A stretch of DNA of 64,000 nt from the IMG/VR virus record IMGVR_UViG_3300000176_000001; one strand, given 5' to 3'. The translations under genes and the position numbers were made by a program. Below the pieces are notes generated by a model, which searched no databases, was not told where the DNA came from, and saw only the letters and a program-made list of their open reading frames with translations. The stretch comes from a virus. Positions 27,309 through 33,305 of this stretch are shown in pieces. How positions within the stretch are numbered: position 1 is the first letter of the stretch; each line of letters opens with the position of its first letter.

Positions 27309-27509
27309 TTAGTGAACTACACAGTGTTTTATTCTATCTGGACTAAACAATATCACAGCTTTAGGATTAGTTACTTTTATATCGTCTACTTTAACTGATC
27401 CTTGATCAATCATACGGCGAGCTTCTGACTTAGTCTTTGCTAAGCCGGTCAACACCATACTCTCTGCTACAGTGATTCCATCCCAGGCTAGTAGATCTTC
27501 AAAGGTCAT
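27309..27509 (-). CDS. Stand-alone S4-like RNA-binding domain (TyrRS C-terminal type)
   Basis: GLAKTKSEARRMIDQGSVKVD motif. Confidence 0.8.
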   Translation of the reverse strand: MTFEDLLAWDGITVAESMVLTGLAKTKSEARRMIDQGSVKVDDIKVTNPKAVILFSPDRIKHCVVH

Positions 27510-27523
27510 AGTGTTCTCCTATA

Positions 27524-27599
27524 TGGTGCTTGGAGACGGGATCGAACCGCCGACACCCTGCTCTTCAGGCAGGTGCTCTACCAGCTGAGCTACCCAAGC
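27524..27599 (-). tRNA. tRNA-Phe(GAA)
   Basis: Cloverleaf; CCA. Confidence 0.94.
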
Positions 27600-28256
27600 T
27601 TATCTTCTCATTAGTTCGTCTACAAACTCTAACAATAATTTGTGATTGTGTTTGGCAACATTCTCATCCCAGACTTTATTCATCCAGCTATATTCTGTGT
27701 ACCAGTGTCTCTCAGCTTCTGGGTGAGAACCTATTAGACCGATGTTCCTTTGGAAACCTGCCATAATATCACCATTTGTATAAGTTGCTACAGTATTGAA
27801 TTTACCATCCCCGATAATACTGCAGCCATCATACCAGAACATCTTCTCTTTTTGACCGTTCCACGTGACTTCTAAGTTCTTAGCGTGTGGTCTTCTGGTG
27901 TCTGTGCCGGGTCTTGCTAGATACTGCACACAGTCTTTGTTCTCTAATATGTTTAGATATTCTTTTCCTGCCCAATAAGCACCCATGCATATACCAAGAT
28001 ACTTACCACCTTGATTTAATACAAAGTCTCTTATAACAGGTATATGTGGTCTCATGATACGATTAAAGGTATCAGCATCGCCAATACCTCCAGGCACAGC
28101 TATCATATCTACGTCATCGAACCAATCGTCGTAGAGTATCTCGTGCTTGGTAAAGATCTTAAATTTGTAATATGGTTGCAGGATATTCATGATGCCATTC
28201 ACACCATGAATGGAGCACCTTGGGTGATCTATGAATAGAGCTATTTTTCCTGCCAA
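27600..28256 (-). CDS. Glutamine-amidotransferase-like protein (BPL_N type)
   Basis: VPGGIGD, YLGICMGAYWA, SHPE triad motifs. Confidence 0.82.
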   Translation of the reverse strand: MAGKIALFIDHPRCSIHGVNGIMNILQPYYKFKIFTKHEILYDDWFDDVDMIAVPGGIGDADTFNRIMRPHIPVIRDFVLNQGGKYLGICMGAYWAGKEYLNILENKDCVQYLARPGTDTRRPHAKNLEVTWNGQKEKMFWYDGCSIIGDGKFNTVATYTNGDIMAGFQRNIGLIGSHPEAERHWYTEYSWMNKVWDENVAKHNHKLLLEFVDELMRR

Positions 28257-28275
28257 TCATATCCCCCTATTAAAG

Positions 28276-28349
28276 TGGCGAAGGTGCAAGGATTTGAACC
28301 TTGACTAACAGTTTTGGAGACCGTTGTGCTACCGTTACACTACACCGAC
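28276..28349 (-). tRNA. tRNA-Trp(CCA), with two acceptor-stem mismatches
   Basis: ACGGT-CTCCAAA-ACTGT; acceptor GTCGGTG/CACCTTC; CCA. Confidence 0.75.
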
Positions 28350-28702
28350 AATTTTTTTTTTATATTTTTCGCTGCATACGTATCTTGTTGTGTATGACAG
28401 TTTGGACATAAAAATCTTAAATTACTAATTTTATTGTCATTATTTACACCATTGATATGATCAAGCTGTAATACTAATTTTTTGTTATTATAATTTCCAT
28501 CATTATAACACTCTTGACATTCATATTTGATTAAATTTTGTTTAATCAAACGTTCTTTAAGACGATGTCTTGGATAACTAGAATTTTCAATAAATATTTC
28601 ATCATTACTGAATATTTTTCTAGAATTCGCGCAAGAATATGAACAATAAACACCATTTTTATTATGACTGTTATTGCATTTCGGGCAAAGTTTCATAAGC
28701 AA
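28340..28702 (-). mobile_element. Free-standing HNH homing endonuclease gene
   Basis: LQLDHINGVNNDNKISNLRFLCPNCH; AT-rich; late promoter at 28726-28733. Confidence 0.88.
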
Positions 28703-28786
28703 TCCTCTCTATAAACATTTTTTTATATTTATAAATTATAGGTTCTAAGAACCTGCGGATTACCATCTTCCCCGACCGACACTTTA

Positions 28787-29179
28787 TTAAATTAAAAACT
28801 TAATTGCAGTTACTATACCAATAATAAAGACTGCTGCGACAATAACTGCTTCAATCTTATGAGCTGTTGTCATCGAGTACCACTTTTTCTTTTCAGCCTG
28901 AACGACACTAACAACATTCTTATTACTAAGAATTGAGTGACTCTCATTTAACTTGGCATTAAAAGACTCAAGTATATTTAACAGTTGCTTATGTTTTGCA
29001 ACCTCTGTACTGACATAGTCAACGATATTAGAAACATTTCCAATGAGCTCTAGATGATGCTCAGGTGGAATTGGATCTGTGCTTAGTGGTTGTGCTTGTG
29101 CAGCTGGATTAATAGGTGACTTAGATAATGTATCTAAGACCGATTTAAGGGCTGCTTCAACATCTGTATTATCTGTCAT
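28787..29179 (-). CDS. Hypothetical protein with C-terminal TM anchor
   Basis: 130 aa; late promoter at 29206-29213. Confidence 0.7.
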   Translation of the reverse strand: MTDNTDVEAALKSVLDTLSKSPINPAAQAQPLSTDPIPPEHHLELIGNVSNIVDYVSTEVAKHKQLLNILESFNAKLNESHSILSNKNVVSVVQAEKKKWYSMTTAHKIEAVIVAAVFIIGIVTAIKFLI

Positions 29180-29213
29180 GTTATATCTCCAATTATTTCA
29201 TAATCTATTTATA

Positions 29214-29288
29214 TGGCGACCTGTAGGGGTTTCGAACCCCTCTAACTCGTTAGACAGACGAGTATCTACACCAGCTGATTCACAGGCC
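29214..29288 (-). tRNA. tRNA-Asp(GTC)
   Basis: Cloverleaf; G73; CCA. Confidence 0.9.
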
Positions 29289-29292
29289 GTAT

Positions 29293-29393
29293 TGGCGCCG
29301 CCGAAACATTCGTCTAACCTCATGTCTTCACGGTAGCTAACTCCGTTACTAGATAGGTAGGACTTCAGAGGTCCGTGTCTCGAATGTTCCAGC
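29293..29393 (-). ncRNA. Structured ncRNA candidate ending in CCA
   Basis: 13-bp closing stem GCTGGAACATTCG/CGAATGTTTCGGC with a 3' tail GGCGCCA. Confidence 0.55.
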
Positions 29394-29400
29394 TATTAGT

Positions 29401-29474
29401 TGGAGGCTTGACCGAGAATCAAACTCGGATAGAAGGTTTTGCAGACCTTTGCATCATCATTCTGCCATCAAGCC
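29401..29474 (-). tRNA. tRNA-Cys(GCA)
   Basis: Cloverleaf; U73; CCA. Confidence 0.88.
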
Positions 29475-29499
29475 GTATAACGTATTAAATTTTAAAACT

Positions 29500-29625
29500 C
29501 CGCAGTAACCATTCCTACGCACTACCTCAATTAAGCTGAGCCTCACGTGTTGGCTCGAATGTTGTCTAGGATTGCGACAAGCTCCACCAAACACGGTCGA
29601 CACTGGGTGGGCTAATGGTACCTAG
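29500..29625 (-). ncRNA. Structured ncRNA candidate
   Basis: GC-rich spacer with several hairpins (CCACC/GGTGG, TTGTC/GACAA, GAGCC/GGCTC) closed by ACCATT/AATGGT. Confidence 0.4.
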
Positions 29626-29632
29626 ATCAAAG

Positions 29633-29706
29633 TGGTGCCCAAAGAGAGGATTGAACTGCCAATAAATGATTACTAATCAATTGTTATACCATTTAACTAC
29701 AGGAGC
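29633..29706 (-). pseudogene. Chimeric/degenerate tRNA-Thr (AGT anticodon)
   Basis: Acceptor GCTCCTG/TTTGGGC and T-stem are mispaired; the 3' strand matches the orphan 5' half at 30843-30876. Confidence 0.7.
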
Positions 29707-30065
29707 ATAGATGATTCTTTGGTTAACCAATATTTGGTTTCATTATATTCTTCCCATTTATCACAAAAATTTATATACAATTTGAGATCATGGAAAACTA
29801 ACATGTTTGCAAATTCATTTGGTCCATCTATTGCAAGAAGCATATGCAAATCATAAATGAAATCCAACGTGAAATCTTCTTCACTAAAGCCTGTATTAGG
29901 CCAATGAAATGCTAATTGTTCAATTCCCATGCATACCTCAATGAACTGGGCGGGAGTCCAGAAATGGTCCAGATTACAGTCGAGCATTTCTGCAAGACCC
30001 TCCCGATATATGTAGTGGCTCTTTTCTCTAATCACTCCCGATAGATGCTGGCCAGCATAGGGCAT
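29697..30065 (-). CDS. Hypothetical protein
   Basis: ORF between two Thr tRNAs; start uncertain (MPYAGQH); stop is U8A9G10 of the downstream tRNA. Confidence 0.55.
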   Translation of the reverse strand: MPYAGQHLSGVIREKSHYIYREGLAEMLDCNLDHFWTPAQFIEVCMGIEQLAFHWPNTGFSEEDFTLDFIYDLHMLLAIDGPNEFANMLVFHDLKLYINFCDKWEEYNETKYWLTKESSMLL

Positions 30066-30104
30066 AGAGGTCTGAACGGTGGACGCCACCTTTTCACTAC
30101 AAAC

Positions 30105-30178
30105 TGGTGCTCCCACTTAGAATCGAACTAAGAACTGATGCTTACAAGGCAACTATTATTCCATTTAACTATAAGAGC
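30105..30178 (-). tRNA. tRNA-Thr(TGT)
   Basis: Cloverleaf; CTTGTAA loop; CCA. Confidence 0.85.
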
Positions 30179-30801
30179 TTATCTTTTACTTTATCCCAAC
30201 TTAATTCATTTTTATTTAAAATAATAATATTAATATTATTTTGTTCACATACTTTTTTTATTTTTTCTTTATCAGAAAATCCTAATGATGGATTAATATT
30301 TTCTATTAGAAAGTCGTTTTTAGGGTCAAGATACACATCATAATCAATTAAATATATATCCGGTGTGTATGTTCTTGATTTACCATTAGGGTCAATATAA
30401 TTGAATCTCTTACATGTATCCCATTTTATATTATTTTCATCTAATGATTTTGCTAATATCAGTTCATATGTAGAACCTAACGTTTTACCTTTATATTTTA
30501 TCCACTTAGATTGTCTGACACCACCTAAATTTCTTTCTTTAGCAAGTTTTGATAATTTTTCAATTGTTTCTTTTGATTTAGGAGGTTGCATTTTTGATTT
30601 TTCTGACATTTTTTTTCGTGTATTGTCAGAAATAACATAATTACCCTTTGTCCATTGATTAGCTTTTTTCTTATTTTTTTGAATCTTTAAATCTTGAAAT
30701 GGTGTGTGTTGTTTTTCAGGATTAAGTTTACATAATCGTTCATGATTTCTCAAAGAGTTATCATTTTTTCTTTCTTGTTTACAAAATTTACATATGTTCA
30801 T
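30169..30801 (-). mobile_element. Putative homing endonuclease (Zn finger + NUMOD-like + PD-(D/E)XK domain)
   Basis: CxxC...HERLC; STYE...YTPDIYL...YLDPK; very AT-rich; late promoter at 30835-30842. Confidence 0.75.
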
Positions 30802-30842
30802 ATCATTAGCTTTCGGTAGAGCAATCTTATATTTTATTTATA

Positions 30843-30876
30843 TAAAACCGTTGCACTACCGCTGTGCTATTTGGGC
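30843..30876 (-). pseudogene. Orphan 5' half of a tRNA, truncated at the anticodon loop
   Basis: GCCCAAA-TA-GCAC-AGCGGTA-GTGC-A-ACGGT-TT-TA followed directly by TATAAATA. Confidence 0.75.
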
Positions 30877-31181
30877 TAAAAGGGTGGAAAGAAGTCTCTG
30901 TCGTTAACTGCCTTGTCGTCAATCCAAACATCATAGTCTGGTTTACCAACTCTTGCGGTTGTGAACTTACAACCCCAAGCGTTCAGCTGATACATGGTCA
31001 AGTGATTCCAGTCCTTGCCGCTAGAGCTTCCCCTAGCAGTCCAGTAATGGATCTCATGACCTTCGTCAAAGAGTTGATTAAGATAGTCGATACGGGACTG
31101 GATCGGAATTGAATTCTCATAGTCACGATTAGTCGTGACGCAGATAGTTCCATCGATGTCAACCATATACTTCATCAACAA
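30876..31181 (-). CDS. Small HAD-like phosphatase (BcbF/EcbF type)
   Basis: VDIDGTIC, WTARG, GKPDYDVWIDDKA. Confidence 0.85.
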   Translation of the reverse strand: MLMKYMVDIDGTICVTTNRDYENSIPIQSRIDYLNQLFDEGHEIHYWTARGSSSGKDWNHLTMYQLNAWGCKFTTARVGKPDYDVWIDDKAVNDRDFFPPF

Positions 31182-31190
31182 CTCCTAAAC

Positions 31191-31254
31191 TGGGCGGGAG
31201 GCTGGCTAGAACGCCAGCAGATTACGATCCGGTGTTTCCATCCAGACCCTCCCG
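31191..31254 (-). ncRNA. 64-nt tRNA-like RNA lacking an anticodon arm
   Basis: 7-bp acceptor CGGGAGG/CCTCCCG + C-CCA; T-arm-like CTGGC-GTTCTA-GCCAG; one further hairpin. Confidence 0.55.
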
Positions 31255-31274
31255 ATATTGGCTATAAGCCAAAA

Positions 31275-31351
31275 TGGCTCCTGGAGTAGGAATCGAACCT
31301 ACCTGATGAACAGATTAACAGTCTGCTGTCCCACCTTGTGACCGTCCAGGA
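31275..31351 (-). tRNA. tRNA-Asn(GTT)
   Basis: Cloverleaf; G73; CCA. Confidence 0.88.
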
Positions 31352-31368
31352 ATAAACTCTATAAGCTT

Positions 31369-31397
31369 ACTATATATCATTCTTGCATATATGTACA
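31369..31397 (-). promoter_or_regulatory. Early promoter TGTACA-N17-TATAGT
   Basis: Recurrent motif. Confidence 0.75.
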
Positions 31398-31406
31398 CAA
31401 ATATTT

Positions 31407-31482
31407 TGGTGCTCCCAACCGGATTCGAACCGGTGTGATCCACGTGAGAGGCGGGTATCCTAGGCCGCTAGATGATGGGAGC
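31407..31482 (-). tRNA. tRNA-Glu(CTC)
   Basis: Cloverleaf; CTCTCAC loop; CCA. Confidence 0.9.
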
Positions 31483-31490
31483 AAATTAGT

Positions 31491-31597
31491 GTTAGTTTTT
31501 TGTGTGTCAGGAAAACTAACAAACCCCGCGGCAGCAGCCCATCTCACCATTTCGCTCCGGCGGTGGCGGGTACATTTTCCACAGGTGAGCCCGCCAT
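31491..31597 (-). ncRNA. Structured RNA candidate with pseudoknot
   Basis: TGGCGGG/CCCGCCA stem; loop CTCACC pairs with downstream GGTGAG; 3' hairpin GTTAGTTTT/AAAACTAAC. Confidence 0.45.
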
Positions 31598-31606
31598 ATG
31601 TATTTA

Positions 31607-31682
31607 TGGTCCGAGTGGTGTGATTCGAACCGGTGTGATCCGCGTGAGAGGCGGGTATCCTAGGCCGCTAGATGATGGGAGC
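31607..31682 (-). pseudogene. Chimeric tRNA: Glu(CTC) 5' part joined to a foreign (Pro-like) 3' end
   Basis: Near-identical to 31407-31482 up to GTTCGAATC, then ACACCACTCGGACCA, which cannot pair with the 5' acceptor strand. Confidence 0.75.
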
Positions 31683-31688
31683 GGATAT

Positions 31689-31765
31689 TGGTCAGGGAAA
31701 CAGGAATCGAACCTGCAACCTTTGCGTCCCAAACGCAACGCTCTACCAGATTGAGCTATTCCCTG
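31689..31765 (-). tRNA. tRNA-Pro(TGG)
   Basis: Cloverleaf; C1-G72, A73; CCA. Confidence 0.93.
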
Positions 31766-31773
31766 ATATATAT

Positions 31774-31851
31774 TGGTCCCGTGTATCGGATTTGAACCGA
31801 CGATCTCCACGCTTGAAAGGCGGGTATGTTAGACCGCTACACCAACACGGG
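31774..31851 (-). tRNA. tRNA-Glu(TTC)
   Basis: Cloverleaf with a bulged anticodon stem; CCA. Confidence 0.85.
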
Positions 31852-31852
31852 T

Positions 31853-31929
31853 TGGTTGGCACAGATGGATTCAAACCATCGACCTCACGATTATCAGTCG
31901 TGTGCTCTAATCATCTGAGCTATGCGCCA
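31853..31929 (-). tRNA. tRNA-Ile(GAT)
   Basis: Cloverleaf; CACGA-CTGATAA-TCGTG; CCA. Confidence 0.92.
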
Positions 31930-31937
31930 GTAAACTT

Positions 31938-32013
31938 TGGTAGACCCTGCAAGGATCGAACTTGCGACAAAGAGATTAAGAGTCTCCTGCTCTACCAACT
32001 GAGCTAAGGGTCC
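31938..32013 (-). tRNA. tRNA-Lys(CTT)
   Basis: Cloverleaf; CCA. Confidence 0.93.
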
Positions 32014-32023
32014 ATATAAATCA

Positions 32024-32130
32024 ATGGCTTGTGACATTAGGGCTCTTACCTCTGCGCTTTCGCTAAAACACCCCGCCATCGCCTAAGGGGTGTGCAGTTT
32101 CTCCTACAAGACGTTACGTACCATCTTGCT
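32024..32130 (-). ncRNA. Structured ncRNA candidate
   Basis: Hairpins GCAAGATG/CGTCTTGT, ACACCCC/GGGGTGT and GC-GAAA-GC, between two Lys tRNAs. Confidence 0.45.
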
Positions 32131-32142
32131 TCGTTTATTATT

Positions 32143-32218
32143 TGGTGAACGCTGTGGGGTTCGAACCCACGACCTCTGGTTTAAAAGACCTTTACTCTAC
32201 CTACTGAGCTAAGCGTTC
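32143..32218 (-). tRNA. tRNA-Lys(TTT)
   Basis: Cloverleaf; weak top of the anticodon stem; CCA. Confidence 0.87.
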
Positions 32219-32223
32219 GTCTG

Positions 32224-32310
32224 CTTCTAAAAGGATACACCGGACCGGTGTCACTCTCGATTACACAACACTCTTGGACACGTGCTGCAACCGATGCATC
32301 CATTTAGAAA
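32224..32310 (-). ncRNA. Long-stem RNA element, paralogous to the 33076-33210 stem
   Basis: 20-position stem TTTCTAAA-T-GGATGCATCGG / CCGGTGTATCC-T-TTTAGAAG with a single U-U mismatch. Confidence 0.6.
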
Positions 32311-32311
32311 C

Positions 32312-32341
32312 AAAAACAGGGGGGCCGCTAAGCCCCCCTGT
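32312..32341 (-). terminator. Intrinsic terminator
   Basis: CAGGGGGGC-TTAGCG-GCCCCCCTG followed by TTTTT. Confidence 0.85.
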
Positions 32342-32365
32342 ACATCCGAGGTAGAGCTTAACGTA

Positions 32366-32560
32366 TTAGACTGCGATTGAATACTTGAATGAAGTACCAG
32401 AAGAAGTCTTTTGTTTATTCAAAGAAACATCGTATCCCCAGTTGCGGATCTTGTAGATCACGTCTGCTGGATTAGCTGCCTTATAACGGGTCGAGATCTG
32501 CTTTGTTGAGAGTTGCTGACCATTTAAGAGGGCATTAAGTACACGTTCTGCTTTAGACAT
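32366..32560 (-). CDS. Small winged-HTH-like DNA-binding protein
   Basis: Likely start MSKAERVLNALLNGQQLSTKQI after GGAG; behind an early promoter. Confidence 0.65.
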   Translation of the reverse strand: MSKAERVLNALLNGQQLSTKQISTRYKAANPADVIYKIRNWGYDVSLNKQKTSSGTSFKYSIAV

Positions 32561-32601
32561 TTCACTTTCTCCATAATAAAGGCACCATGCCTTACTTTTA
32601 T

Positions 32602-32630
32602 AATATAGCATGTACGTCGATATATGTACA
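32602..32630 (-). promoter_or_regulatory. Early promoter TGTACA-N17-TATATT
   Basis: Recurrent motif. Confidence 0.75.
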
Positions 32631-32641
32631 CAACTATTTTT

Positions 32642-32729
32642 TGGTGGGGCGGGTTGGATTCGAACCAACTCCGTTTCTATGTGCCGGATTTACAGTCCGG
32701 TGCCCATCCGCCATCTGAGCAGCCACCCC
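32642..32729 (-). tRNA. tRNA-Tyr(GTA)
   Basis: Class II cloverleaf; CCGGA-CTGTAAA-TCCGG; CCA. Confidence 0.92.
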
Positions 32730-32740
32730 AAAAATTCATT

Positions 32741-32893
32741 GCTGGTTACTCCTTCCAGCGTCGATCCGCGTGCCGACAGGTTTAGGACAAAGGGTAACGT
32801 CCGTATAAGAGGAACCCCAGTCGCCCTCAGACTATATCCTTCCCCAAGCTATACGGACAACTGGGAAGGTGATATACAGGCTTCCACACCTGC
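32741..32893 (-). ncRNA. Pseudoknotted ncRNA candidate (~150 nt)
   Basis: Hairpin loop GTCCGTATA (32850-32858) is perfectly complementary to TATACGGAC (32799-32807). Confidence 0.6.
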
Positions 32894-32900
32894 AATTCTT

Positions 32901-32974
32901 TGGTACTGCCTAGTGGTATCGAACCACTGTCTCCGGAGCCACAATCCAGTACTCTACCATTGAGCTAAGGCAGC
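32901..32974 (-). tRNA. tRNA-His(GTG), alphaproteobacterial type
   Basis: No encoded G-1; G1:U72; A73; CCA. Confidence 0.92.
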
Positions 32975-32983
32975 AAAATAGTT

Positions 32984-33299
32984 TGGCATTTGTTTTGTTA
33001 GACCGGCATGAAGCCCGTCTGCTCCCCTACCATCTCCGTAGGTGCTTCACCAGCAGTGCCATACTGCCACAATTGTCTCTTCAAGGATACACCAGCTGTC
33101 TAACCTACACCGCACCTGCGACATTCGAAATAGCAGTATTTCCTTGGTGGGCCTACCTCTGTGCTTAGAATTGCGCGCACACTTCGGGCTCTGGTGTATC
33201 CATGAAGAGATAACTCTCTTCTGCCCTGCTGGAAACCACCTGCGTTTTTCGCCAGTACCAGCCAGGGGCTCCTCTTATACTCAGGGAGGAGCTGCCTGA
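32984..33299 (-). ncRNA. Large structured ncRNA candidate (~315 nt)
   Basis: Starts just behind an early promoter; nested long stems (GGTGGTTTCCAGCAG/CTGCTGGTGAAGCACC; 20-position stem 33076-33095/33191-33210); ends in CCA; no credible ORF. Confidence 0.65.
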
Positions 33300-33305
33300 A
33301 TTCTT

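Noticed and set aside
31491-31530. preQ1-I riboswitch (AAAAAACTAA tail); similar A-rich tail at 32984-33020
   Set aside because: P1 and the ligand-binding C positions do not fit the consensus, and no regulated ORF follows.
32984-33299. tmRNA, RNase P RNA or SRP RNA
   Set aside because: No tmRNA acceptor/T-arm ends or tag ORF, no GAGGAAAGUCC/ACAGAA-type RNase P motifs and no SRP core loop were seen.
19278-33299. Stop-codon recoding via suppressor tRNAs
   Set aside because: No intact tRNA has a CTA, TTA or TCA anticodon, and core genes are full length in the standard code, using TAA, TAG and TGA stops.
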